Positions 28,507-37,202 of a DNA stretch of 64,000 bases are shown piece after piece. The translations under genes and the position numbers were made by a program. The notes beneath the pieces were generated by a model that had not been told where the DNA came from, did not search any database, and saw nothing but the letters and a program-made list of their open reading frames with translations. This stretch comes from Pseudomonadota bacterium (GTDB lineage: Archaea; Thermoplasmatota; SW-10-69-26; JACQPN01; JAJPHT01): positions 64,001-128,000 of the forward strand of contig JAJPHT010000039.1 in the NCBI GenBank assembly GCA_021325135.1, given 5' to 3'. How positions within the stretch are numbered: position 1 is the stretch's first letter; each line of letters begins with the position of its first letter.

Positions 28507-29601
28507 TCACGAGGCGTAGACCGCGGCGGCGAACGAGTCCGTCGTCACGCCCAGCGTGGGGTCGGAGGGCGTGTAGGCCACATCGACGAGCACGACGTAG
28601 AGGCCGGGCCCCGCGGGCAACGCGACGGGGAGCACGGTGCCGCTGGCGGCGTACCTGCCCGAGGCGTCTGCGCTGTAGACGCTGAAGGGCTTCGCGGGCG
28701 TGGCGTGGCCCGACGCCTCGCCGCCCACGCTCCAGCGCACCGTGGGGAAGAGCACGAGGCCCGTCGTGGGCACGGGCGCGCTGGCGCTGGCGTTGCCGCC
28801 CACCGCGCCGGTGACGCCGGGCACCGTGGCCGCCGCGCCGCCGGCCGCGCCCGTGGAGACCTGCGTGCCGTTGGAGAGGAAGACGGCGCGGACCGTGACC
28901 TGCGAGACGTCGGCCTCCAGGCCGCTCCTCACGGTGAAGTTGGCGCGCAGGCCGACGCCGGACGCGCTGGCCGTGACGACGGGCTGGCCGTCCATCTGGA
29001 AGGTGCGCGCGTTGACGCTGGCCTCCACGAAGTCGCGCACGTCCTTGGACGAGTGGCCGCTGGCGCGGGCCGCGCAGTCGCGGTGCGACCAGTCGAAGCC
29101 GATCGTCGCGACGTAGGGCGCGCCCTCGGGAAGAACGACGTCGGTGGCGCGAGTGGCCTGGTCGCGGTCCACGGCCCACCAGAGGGTGATCTCGGAGTTG
29201 TTCTGGGCGGCGCCGTCCCAGCTGTCCGCGCCGGCCTGGCTCCACCCCTCGCCGCCCTCGACCTTGAGGAGCTTGACGGGGATGGCGCGGCCCCCGACGG
29301 AGAGGTCGAGGCGCAGCGCGTGGATGGCCACGTCGCTGAAGTTGAGCGACTGGTTGGTGAGGCCCGGGTGGGTCACGCTCACCTGGAGGCGCATCGTGCC
29401 GTGGGAGTCGGGAAGGTCCTGGCCCGCGATCTGCGTCGCGCCCGACGAGAGGATGGGCAGCGTGCGCGCCTCCTCCTTGAGCAGCGTGAGCGCGACCTGG
29501 GTGGGCACGTCCTGGGGCGTGCAGGTGTCGGTGCATCCGGCCAGGAGGCCGGCGCCCAGGAGAAGGGCAACGAGGGCGAGGGGTCGTGAGATGGCGGTCA
29601 T
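28507..29601 (-). CDS. Lipoprotein, hypothetical
   Basis: Lipobox GLLAGC; 5 nt upstream of the tethered regulator. Confidence 0.8.
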   Translation of the reverse strand: MTAISRPLALVALLLGAGLLAGCTDTCTPQDVPTQVALTLLKEEARTLPILSSGATQIAGQDLPDSHGTMRLQVSVTHPGLTNQSLNFSDVAIHALRLDLSVGGRAIPVKLLKVEGGEGWSQAGADSWDGAAQNNSEITLWWAVDRDQATRATDVVLPEGAPYVATIGFDWSHRDCAARASGHSSKDVRDFVEASVNARTFQMDGQPVVTASASGVGLRANFTVRSGLEADVSQVTVRAVFLSNGTQVSTGAAGGAAATVPGVTGAVGGNASASAPVPTTGLVLFPTVRWSVGGEASGHATPAKPFSVYSADASGRYAASGTVLPVALPAGPGLYVVLVDVAYTPSDPTLGVTTDSFAAAVYAS

Positions 29602-29764
29602 CGGGCCTTCCAGCCAGGGGGCGGAGATGAGCAGATTGGGGGGCCTCTTTGTACCTTATTTAACCCCTTCGCGGGAAGAGGGCAGGGCGGGTCCGGACCC
29701 GGGGCGACTCCTTATGACCTGCCCGGGACGAGGTTTCCTTGTGCCCCTCGCCCGCGCTGGCCCC

Positions 29765-30130
29765 GTGACGGCCCTCTGGGAGCCCGCGACCCGGCGCCTG
29801 CGGCTGGAGTTCCGCGCGGCGCCCGCCGAGACCCGCGCCCAGCGCGACGCCTTCGAGGAGCAGGTCCGCGGCTGGGTCGGCTTCGAGGAGCCCTACGTCG
29901 TCATCGCCTGCTGCGAGAACGGCGAGGCGGCGCCCGTCGCGTGGCGCGTCTTCTGGGCGCAGTTCTTCCGCGCCTCGCGCCACCCGCCGCGCGTCGCGTG
30001 CTTCGGCCTCACGCCCTCGGAGCGGTTCTTCATGGGCGTGATGGGCCCCCTCATGCGCATGGACGCGCAGGCCTTCCCCAGCGAGGGCGAGGCCCTGGCG
30101 TGGCTGGAGACCGCGCCCACCGCCACATAG
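29765..30130 (+). CDS. STAS/SEC14 (SpoIIAA-like) domain protein
   Basis: C-terminal AFPSEGEALAWL signature; start uncertain. Confidence 0.6.
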   Translation: MTALWEPATRRLRLEFRAAPAETRAQRDAFEEQVRGWVGFEEPYVVIACCENGEAAPVAWRVFWAQFFRASRHPPRVACFGLTPSERFFMGVMGPLMRMDAQAFPSEGEALAWLETAPTAT

Positions 30131-30161
30131 GTTTATGGCCGGGGCGGCGTGGTGGTCCGCC

Positions 30162-31904
30162 ATGCCCCTGCCCCTCGTGCAGCGCCCCGCGGTCGCCACC
30201 GCCGGCGCCCCGCGCCGGGGCACGCGCATCGTCCTGTTCGACGGATACGTGGACGAGCCCGCCAACTTCGGCGTGCCCCCCTACCTGAGCCCGCACGCGC
30301 GCTACCTCGCGGGCGCGGCCAAGGCGGCCGACCCCGCCTCCGAGGTCCGTTACCTGACCATCGACGAGTGGCGCCGCGGGAGCGCCAAGAACGACCTTGT
30401 GCGCAAGGCCGACGTGCTCGTGATGATCGCGGGCGCGCTGGTGCCGGGCAAGTACCTGCGCGGCACGCCCGTCTCGTTCCGCGAGGCCCAGGAGATCGTG
30501 CGGCTCGTGCCGGGCGAGACGATGATCGCGGGCGCCAGCGCGCTCTACGGCTTCGGCCGCGGCGGAGGGCTTCCTCCCGCGGGCCGCGACGAGCTTGACC
30601 GCGTCTTCACCTACCGCGCGCGGCTGCACGCCGACGCCATGCTCCACGACGTGCTCACGGGCGCAGTCACGGACCGCAGCGTGGGCGGCAACCGCAAGCG
30701 CACCTTCGCGGAGTGGCGCGACTGGAGCGTGCGCGGCGCGTTCGTCGTGCGCGATCACCCCGACCTGCCCCAGCCGCTCACGGCCGAGCTTGACACGTAC
30801 CACGGCTGCGTGCGCTACGTGAACGGCGGCTGCGCGTTCTGCATGGAGCCCAAGGAGGGGAAGCCGCAGTTCCGCCCCGTGGGGGATGTCGTGGCGGAGG
30901 TCGCCGCGCTGGCGGCCCACGGTGTCGAGAACTTCCGCGTCGGCGGGCAGGCATGCTTCTACAGCTATCACGCCAAGGGGCTGGGCGAGACGCCGACGCC
31001 CGAGCCGAACCCCGCCGCCATCGAGGCGCTGCTGCGCGGCATCCACAAGGCCGCCCCGCGCCTGCACACGCTCCACCTGGACAACGTGGACCCCGCGGTG
31101 GTGGCCGCGAACCCCGAGGCCGCGGACGAGGTGACGAAGCTCGTCGTGCGCCACATGACCGACGGCAACATCGCCGCCTTCGGCCTGGAGAGCGCGGACC
31201 CCGCGGTGAAGGAGGCCAACAACCTCAACGCGGACGCGGAGATCGTCTTCCAGGCCGCGGAGATCCTCAACCGGCACGGCAAGGTCCGCGGCCCCAACGG
31301 CTTCCCCGCGTTCCTGCCGGGGCTCAACTTCATCGCGGGCCTGCCCGGCGAGAGCGCGGCGACCTACGAGATGAACAAGTCCTTCCTGCGCGAGTACGTC
31401 GCGCGGGGTCTCTGGGCGCGCCGCATCAACATCCGCAAGGTCGTCATGAACGGCATGGAGGGGCAGCACGTCGACCAGCGCCGCTTCCTGGACTTCAAGG
31501 ACTTCGTGCGCCACGAGATCGACCAGCCGCTCCTGCGCGCCATGTTCCCGCCAGGCACCGTGCTCAAGCGCGTGCTCACCGAGCAGCGCGACGGGAAGAC
31601 GACCTTCGGGCGCCCCATCGGGACCTACGCCATGCTGGTGGGCATCCCCTACGAGGTGCCCGAGAACGCGTGGGTCGACGTCGCGGTCACGGACTACGGC
31701 TTCCGCAGCCTGACCGGCGTCGCGGTGCCCTTCCGCGTGAACAAGGAGCCGCTCAAGGCGCTGGAGGCGCTGCCTGGCGTGGGCAAGAAGCGCGCGGTGC
31801 GGCTGAGCCTGAAGAGGCCCTTCCGCAGCGCGGCGGACGTGGAGAAGGCGCTGGACGACCCCGCGGTGGCGAAGCAGGTCGCGCCGCTCCTGAGCTACGA
31901 GTGA
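30162..31904 (+). CDS. Radical SAM protein with TRAM-like and HhH C-terminus (COG1031-like)
   Basis: DGYVDEPA.FGVPPY; CVRYVNGGCAFC (CX7CX2C); FGLESAD; LEALPGVGKKRA. Confidence 0.88.
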   Translation: MPLPLVQRPAVATAGAPRRGTRIVLFDGYVDEPANFGVPPYLSPHARYLAGAAKAADPASEVRYLTIDEWRRGSAKNDLVRKADVLVMIAGALVPGKYLRGTPVSFREAQEIVRLVPGETMIAGASALYGFGRGGGLPPAGRDELDRVFTYRARLHADAMLHDVLTGAVTDRSVGGNRKRTFAEWRDWSVRGAFVVRDHPDLPQPLTAELDTYHGCVRYVNGGCAFCMEPKEGKPQFRPVGDVVAEVAALAAHGVENFRVGGQACFYSYHAKGLGETPTPEPNPAAIEALLRGIHKAAPRLHTLHLDNVDPAVVAANPEAADEVTKLVVRHMTDGNIAAFGLESADPAVKEANNLNADAEIVFQAAEILNRHGKVRGPNGFPAFLPGLNFIAGLPGESAATYEMNKSFLREYVARGLWARRINIRKVVMNGMEGQHVDQRRFLDFKDFVRHEIDQPLLRAMFPPGTVLKRVLTEQRDGKTTFGRPIGTYAMLVGIPYEVPENAWVDVAVTDYGFRSLTGVAVPFRVNKEPLKALEALPGVGKKRAVRLSLKRPFRSAADVEKALDDPAVAKQVAPLLSYE

Positions 31905-31907
31905 GGC

Positions 31908-32099
31908 TCAGCTGTTCGGGTCGTAGGGGCAGAGCGTGATGGTGCCGCAGTGCAGCAGGCACGTGTGCACGGGGCTGGGCAGGCAGACGCCGGAGCCGCA
32001 GTTGGGCGTCTCGGGCTGGCAGGCCGCCGCGGGCGGCGCGGCGACGACGGCCGTGGTGGCCAGGAGCAGGGCGGCGGCGATGAGCAGGACAGCGCGCAT
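31908..32099 (-). CDS. Secreted 6-Cys peptide
   Basis: Signal peptide followed by CQPETPNCGSGVCLPSPVHTCLLHCGTITLCPYDPNS. Confidence 0.7.
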   Translation of the reverse strand: MRAVLLIAAALLLATTAVVAAPPAAACQPETPNCGSGVCLPSPVHTCLLHCGTITLCPYDPNS

Positions 32100-32127
32100 G
32101 CAGGCGGCGGAGCCCGCGGCGGGCTAT

Positions 32128-32580
32128 TCAAGGTGGCGCCGCGAAGACCGCGTCCAGCTTGTACGTGTCCGCCGCGACGGTGGTCCCGCCCACGACGAGG
32201 TCGTATGCCCCCGGCGCGAGGGTCTGCCCGATCTCCTCCTTGGTGCCGGAGCCGCCGTTGCTGGACGCGACGCGCTCGGTGCCCTTGAAGAGGTAGAGGT
32301 CGAAGTCGTTGCGGTCGAGGCCCCAGGTGAGCGTCGCGTTGATCGACGCGCTGGCGTTGAGCTGGAAGGGGTGGTGGAAGCACTGCGTCGTCGCCTGCGA
32401 GCACGCCGGGACGTTGGGCGGGTCGACGCTCCCCTGGACGGCCTGCGTCTCGTGGATCGCCGGGGGAAGCGCGGCGGCCATCGCCGTGGCGTTGGTCGCG
32501 TTGCCCGGCGGCGAGCCCGGGCTGGAGGCGCACCCGGCGAGGGCGAGCGAGGCGAGAAGGAGGAGGCCGGCGGTTCGCAC
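32128..32580 (-). CDS. Lipoprotein with PPC-like domain
   Basis: Lipobox LAGC; LTW....DFDLYL...S..E.I...PG.Y. Confidence 0.8.
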   Translation of the reverse strand: MRTAGLLLLASLALAGCASSPGSPPGNATNATAMAAALPPAIHETQAVQGSVDPPNVPACSQATTQCFHHPFQLNASASINATLTWGLDRNDFDLYLFKGTERVASSNGGSGTKEEIGQTLAPGAYDLVVGGTTVAADTYKLDAVFAAPP

Positions 32581-32649
32581 GCGGGGCCAGAGGCGCCGCG
32601 AAGAAAAGACCTTGCCAACACCCTTTCACCACGGGGCCGATGCGGGGGC

Positions 32650-33036
32650 GTGTCCGCGGCGCCCCTGGGCCGGCTGGAGTACCTCTACGTCGCCAGCGCG
32701 GACGTGGAGCGCGACCTCGCGTACTACCGCGACGTGCTGGGCGCGGAGGTGGTCTGGGACTTCCGCGAGTTCGGCACGCGCGTCGCCGCGGTGCGCCTCT
32801 CGGAGCGGCCTCCGCTCTACATCCTGGCGGGGCACCGCAAGGCGCCCAACGTGCTCCCCATCTTCGCGGTGGACGACCTCGCGAAGGCCGAGAAGGCGCT
32901 GCGCAGGCGCGGCTGGGAGCCCCAGGGCGAGAGCGTGGAGGTCCCCGACGGGCCGTGCTATCTTTTTCACGACCCGAGCGGGAACGAGATCGCGCTCCTG
33001 GGGCAGGTGCGGCCCCGCGTTCTGGAGCGCGAGTAG
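32650..33036 (+). CDS. VOC/glyoxalase family protein
   Basis: DVERDLAYYRDVLG, FAVDDL, FHDPSGNEIAL. Confidence 0.85.
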   Translation: MSAAPLGRLEYLYVASADVERDLAYYRDVLGAEVVWDFREFGTRVAAVRLSERPPLYILAGHRKAPNVLPIFAVDDLAKAEKALRRRGWEPQGESVEVPDGPCYLFHDPSGNEIALLGQVRPRVLERE

Positions 33037-33045
33037 GGCGGAGGC

Positions 33046-33420
33046 CTACGGCAGGCCGGTGCAGGACGTGGTGTAGCTCTCGCCCACGCGCTTGCTGGTG
33101 TAGATGACGCAGCTCGGGTTCGTCGTGACGCACAGGCGGTATTGGATGTCGGGGCCCACCATGTTGACCGGGCACGCGCTGGTCGAGGACCGCTCGTGGG
33201 GGCCCAGGCCGGTGCAGGTGACGGTCGTGCCGGTGAAGGTGACCTCGCGGTGCTCGACGAGGCAGCTCGTGTCGTCGGGGTGGATACAGTAGGTCTCCCC
33301 GATGTCGCCCCCCTGGAGGAGCGTGACGCAGTTGGAGGCGGCAGCGGCGGAGGGGGCGGCGAGGGCGCCGGTCATGGCGGCGCCGGCGACGAGGGCGGCG
33401 AGGACGATGGAGGAACGCAT
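33046..33420 (-). CDS. Secreted protein with two 4-Cys repeats
   Basis: Signal peptide; both halves end in CTGL and contain SC(L/V). Confidence 0.75.
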   Translation of the reverse strand: MRSSIVLAALVAGAAMTGALAAPSAAAASNCVTLLQGGDIGETYCIHPDDTSCLVEHREVTFTGTTVTCTGLGPHERSSTSACPVNMVGPDIQYRLCVTTNPSCVIYTSKRVGESYTTSCTGLP

Positions 33421-33491
33421 GGCTCTCCCGGTCGCGGCAAGGGCAAGCCGGGAGATGGGCCTTGCGCCGGCGCAACGGCCGGGGCGCGGGC

Positions 33492-33872
33492 CTATCCCGA
33501 GTTGATCACGCTGAGGATGGAGCCGATGAAGGGGCCGAAGTTGCCGCCGGGGTGCGTGGGGTGCGCGGGGTCCACGACAAGGACGTAGTCGCTCACGTCC
33601 TCCGGGCACGCCAGGGGCCCGTCCATCTTCACGCACGCGAGGGGGAAGTCGACGGTGGAGCCGCAGGTCCAGATGAGGCCGTCCAGGCCGCTGGTGCACG
33701 CGGCCTCGCAGCTCGTCCCGGGGCAGACCTGGTCGAAGACCTGGTCGACGGGGTTCCCGGGGCCAAGCTGGGCGCCCAGGAAGGCGATGGGGTCCCGGGT
33801 CGGTCCGTCGGCCGCCGCGACGGGCAGGAGCAGGAGGAGCGAGACGAGAGCGAGCGGGAGGGCCGGCCGCAT
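33492..33872 (-). CDS. Secreted Cys-rich small protein (6 Cys)
   Basis: Signal peptide MRPALPLALVSLLLLLPVAAA. Confidence 0.72.
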   Translation of the reverse strand: MRPALPLALVSLLLLLPVAAADGPTRDPIAFLGAQLGPGNPVDQVFDQVCPGTSCEAACTSGLDGLIWTCGSTVDFPLACVKMDGPLACPEDVSDYVLVVDPAHPTHPGGNFGPFIGSILSVINSG

Positions 33873-33995
33873 GGCGGCGACGACGCCCGGGTTCTCTCAT
33901 AAAGGCTCCCGAGCCCTTCTCTGAGGGAACGGGGGTGTGAAAAGGTTCGATCCCCAAAGGCCATGTAGCCCTCAAGCGGGATGGGCCGACCCGCC

Positions 33996-35606
33996 ATGCC
34001 GAAGGCCCCCGCGCTCTGCCTGGCCCTTGGCGCCCTGCTGCTCCTCGCGGGCGCCGCGCAGGCGACGTCCGTTTCCGGGTCCTTCCGGAGCGCCGCGCCC
34101 GCGTCGCTCTCCGGCGCCGTCGAGGTGGCCATGCCCCAGGGCGTGGCCCGCGTGGACGACCCGCACGCGACGGGGGTCGTCCTCGTCCACGGGGCCACGG
34201 GGACGCTCCGCTTCTACTCGGTGCCCGGCCCGCACGTCAAGGCCGTGCTCGCCGACCCCAAGGTGGCCACGGGCCCGTCGAGCCGGCCCTACGACCTCTC
34301 CAACGCGACGCTCACGCTGCGCCTCGCCGACGAGACGCTGGCCGCCATGCTCAACGCCTCCGCCGGGGGCGCGCTCACCGCCCAGGCGCAGGTGGACGGC
34401 TCCGGCCTCCCCCGCGCCCTGGAGCGCGACTACGCCGGGCGCGACAACGGCACCGGGCCCTCGGTCTCCGGGAGCAATCCCCAGCCTCCCCCCTGGGGCT
34501 GGCGCGAGGGCTGGCAGGTGGCGGGCAACTTCAGCCGCATCGTCGGCTTCTCGGGCTTCCCGCTCACCGGCCCCGCCCTCCTCGGCGCCAGCGGCCCCTC
34601 CACGGTCTACCTCTTCGGGGGCAACCTCAGCTTCCGCGACGCGCAGGGCGCGGAGGTGGACCTGCAGCTGGGCGACGCGCCCGGCGACGTGCCCGCGGCG
34701 CCCATCCCCAGCGAGCGCCTGGGCGCGGACGACGACAAGGTCCAGTGGATCGTCTTCGAAGGCACCGTCTCCGACGCGCAGGTCCCCGCCCGCGCTTCGT
34801 GGGGCATGGGCGCCCCCTCCGCCTCGTGGGCCCTCAACGGCACGCTCTCGCTCCCGCACGCCACGGGCTCCATCGCGGGCCACGAGTTCCGCGACGCGCC
34901 CCTCTCGCTGGGCGGCCGGCTCGCGCTCACGCCTTCGCTCCCTGCCCAGGGCGTCCCGGGCGTGACGCCCGTCTCCTACGGCGTCTCGGGCGACGCCACG
35001 GTCTTCGCCATCGGCGAGGCCTCCGTGGGGCTCGAAGCCCCCTCTCCCGCCTGGGAGCGCCCGGCCGAGGTGGGCGCGCTCTCCATGACGGCCCTCGCGC
35101 TGGGCTGGCTCCTGGGCGCGGCGGGCGTCGCGGGCCGCGCCGTGGCGCCGCTCTACATGCGCATCGCGCCCTCGCGCCTCCTGGACCACGCGACGCGGCG
35201 GCGCATCTACGAGCTGGCGCGCGAGCGGCCCGGCATCCACCTGCGCGAGCTGCAACGCCTCGTGGGCGGCGCGTGGGGCCCCCTCCAGTTCCACCTCGGC
35301 CTCCTCGCGCAGGCGGGCCTCGTGCAGATGAGCCGCGTGGGGCGCTACCGCGTCGTGCACGCGGGCGCCCCCCACGCGGAGGTGGGCGCGCCGCTGCACC
35401 CGCACGCGCAGCGCATCCTCGACGCCCTGCCGCAGGACGGGCGCGCCCTTTCGGTCACGGAGATCGCCGAGACGCTGGGCCTCTCGCGCCAGCTCGTGGG
35501 GCACCACGTCGGCGTGCTGGAGCGGCGCGGCCTCCTCGTCGTCACGACCGCGGGAGCGGGCCGCCGCCTCGTCGCGAGGCCGCAGGCCCCCGGCGCCGCC
35601 GCTTGA
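33996..35606 (+). CDS. Membrane-tethered double-wHTH regulator (ectodomain-TM-COG3398-type)
   Basis: Signal peptide; beta-rich ectodomain; TM; LYMRI..RLLDHATRRRIY...PGIHLREL; second HTH EIAETLGLSRQLVGHHV. Confidence 0.85.
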   Translation: MPKAPALCLALGALLLLAGAAQATSVSGSFRSAAPASLSGAVEVAMPQGVARVDDPHATGVVLVHGATGTLRFYSVPGPHVKAVLADPKVATGPSSRPYDLSNATLTLRLADETLAAMLNASAGGALTAQAQVDGSGLPRALERDYAGRDNGTGPSVSGSNPQPPPWGWREGWQVAGNFSRIVGFSGFPLTGPALLGASGPSTVYLFGGNLSFRDAQGAEVDLQLGDAPGDVPAAPIPSERLGADDDKVQWIVFEGTVSDAQVPARASWGMGAPSASWALNGTLSLPHATGSIAGHEFRDAPLSLGGRLALTPSLPAQGVPGVTPVSYGVSGDATVFAIGEASVGLEAPSPAWERPAEVGALSMTALALGWLLGAAGVAGRAVAPLYMRIAPSRLLDHATRRRIYELARERPGIHLRELQRLVGGAWGPLQFHLGLLAQAGLVQMSRVGRYRVVHAGAPHAEVGAPLHPHAQRILDALPQDGRALSVTEIAETLGLSRQLVGHHVGVLERRGLLVVTTAGAGRRLVARPQAPGAAA

Positions 35607-35643
35607 GGAAACGTCCAAGACGGAGGCGCCCGTTGGGCGGGCC

Positions 35644-36381
35644 GTGATCACGCTCATCGGGACCGGCCACGTCTTCGACATCGGGGCCCGCGTCCGCGAG
35701 GAGGTCCGCCGCCGCGCGCCCCACGTCGTCGCGGTGGAGCTGGACCCGCCGCGCTACCACGCGCTGCGCAGCAAGGCGAAGGACCGCAAGGGCACGCCCT
35801 TCTTCTACCGCATGCTGGCCGACTTCCAGACGCGCGTGGCCAACGAGTACGGCGTCGAGGCGGGCGACGAGATGCTGGCGGCCGCCTCCGAGGCGCAGGC
35901 GCTTGGCGTCCCCCTGGCGCTCATCGACGCCGACGCGCAGCGCACCTTCCAGCGCCTCCTCTCCGAGATGCGCTTCGGCGAGAAGATGCGCCTCGCGGGC
36001 AGCGCCGTCGTGGGCGTCCTGCTGCCGGGCAAGAGCGTCGAGAAGCAGGTCAGCGAGATGCAGGAGGACTACGCCGCGTACTTCGAGGAGATGGGCAAGC
36101 GTTTCCCCACGCTGAAGCGCGTGCTCCTCGACGAGCGCAACGAGCACATGGCGCGCGCGCTCGCGGAGATCGCGAAGACCAACGAGCGCGTCGTCGCCGT
36201 CGTGGGCGACGGGCACGTGGACGGCATGCTCGCCATCCTGCGCGCGCAGAACGCGGAGGTCGAGGTCGTGCGCCTCAAGGACCTCCGCGCGAAGGCCGCG
36301 GCGCCCACCGGCACCGCGCAGGCGACCGTCTCCTTCGACGTGCCTTCGGCGCCGCCGCCGGAGAAGGGGCCTCCGCCTTAG
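35644..36381 (+). CDS. TraB/PrgY family protein
   Basis: LIGTGHV, VAVELD..R, GDEM, LLDERNEHM, VVGDGHVDG. Confidence 0.9.
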   Translation: MITLIGTGHVFDIGARVREEVRRRAPHVVAVELDPPRYHALRSKAKDRKGTPFFYRMLADFQTRVANEYGVEAGDEMLAAASEAQALGVPLALIDADAQRTFQRLLSEMRFGEKMRLAGSAVVGVLLPGKSVEKQVSEMQEDYAAYFEEMGKRFPTLKRVLLDERNEHMARALAEIAKTNERVVAVVGDGHVDGMLAILRAQNAEVEVVRLKDLRAKAAAPTGTAQATVSFDVPSAPPPEKGPPP

Positions 36382-36827
36382 GCCTCCTCCTCTACGAGGA
36401 GCCGCGACGCGTCGAGCAGCCGCCACGCGCGATCGGCGCCAAGCTCCTTCGCAGCGGCGCGGTGCAGGCGCGCGTCTTCCGTCACGAGGATGGCCTCCTC
36501 CGCGAGCGCGAGGGAGAGGTACGCCGCGTCGTAGGCGGAGAGGCGATGCGCGTGCGCCAGCCGCGCGCAGTCCGCCAGCAGCGCGGCGGACGGCCCCACC
36601 TGCTCGACGCCCTCCAGCAGCGCCTCCACGAGGGCGTGGCGCGCCGCGACGTCGGCGCCGAAGGCGGAGGGGCGCTTCACGTGGACGACGTTGGCCAGCT
36701 CCCACGAGAGGAGCGCGGGCGCGATCAGGTCGGCGTGCGCCGCCAGCGCCTCGCCCGCCTCGGCGAGGTCCTCGCGCCCCGGCTCCGCGGTGGCGAGGAG
36801 CGCGCTCGCGTCCACCACGGCCCTCAA
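36378..36827 (-). CDS. vapC: PIN-domain toxin
   Basis: VVDASAL, ELANV, SAYDAAYLSLA, LVTED. Confidence 0.9.
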   Translation of the reverse strand: MRAVVDASALLATAEPGREDLAEAGEALAAHADLIAPALLSWELANVVHVKRPSAFGADVAARHALVEALLEGVEQVGPSAALLADCARLAHAHRLSAYDAAYLSLALAEEAILVTEDARLHRAAAKELGADRAWRLLDASRLLVEEEA

Positions 36828-37036
36828 TGCTCGTCACGGTCCTTCCGGACCAGGCGCGCGTAGCCGCCCTTCACCGGCTTGCGCGCCAGCGAGGCGACCT
36901 TGGCGCGCTTCTGCGACGCGCGCAGGCGCCGCACCTCGGCCTCGAACGCGCGCTTCGCCAGGAGGTTGGGGTTGATGCCGAGCTTCTCGACGTAGGCCAC
37001 CACGTCGTCGTCCTCCCGGAACTGCACACGGACCAC
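36824..37036 (-). CDS. VapB/CcdA-like antitoxin
   Basis: 70 aa; LGINP....AFEAEVRR; ends LVRKDRDEH; 4-nt overlap with vapC. Confidence 0.8.
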   Translation of the reverse strand: MVRVQFREDDDVVAYVEKLGINPNLLAKRAFEAEVRRLRASQKRAKVASLARKPVKGGYARLVRKDRDEH

Positions 37037-37043
37037 GCAGGGA

Positions 37044-37062
37044 GTATCCGGGGGGTGGATAC
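37044..37062. promoter_or_regulatory. Probable toxin-antitoxin operator GTATCC-N7-GGATAC
   Basis: Perfect inverted hexamers 7 nt upstream of the antitoxin start. Confidence 0.6.
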
Positions 37063-37161
37063 ATGAAGGTTCTCCGGGAATCACCGCGCGTTGCGCCCTT
37101 CTCGTCCATCCCCGAGGCCCCACCAGCGTTGGTTCGGGGGTCCGCTGGTCCGGTGGTTTGG

Positions 37162-37187
37162 CGGGGGGCAGGGGGCGGAGCCCCCAG
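37162..37187 (-). repeat. REP-like element, copy 2
   Basis: Reverse complement ctgggggctccgccccctgccccccg matches 13184-13210. Confidence 0.7.
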
Positions 37188-37188
37188 C

Positions 37189-37194
37189 AAAAAA
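37189..37194 (-). terminator. Oligo-T archaeal terminator after cbf5
   Basis: T6 run 8 nt after the stop codon in a GC-rich genome. Confidence 0.5.
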
Positions 37195-37202
37195 GGCCAG
37201 GA

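Noticed and set aside
33931-33960. ggttcgatcccc resembling a tRNA T-loop
   Set aside because: No T-stem pairing and no cloverleaf.
36378-37062. Mobile island around vapBC
   Set aside because: No integrase, transposase or flanking direct repeats seen; treated as a stand-alone toxin-antitoxin module.
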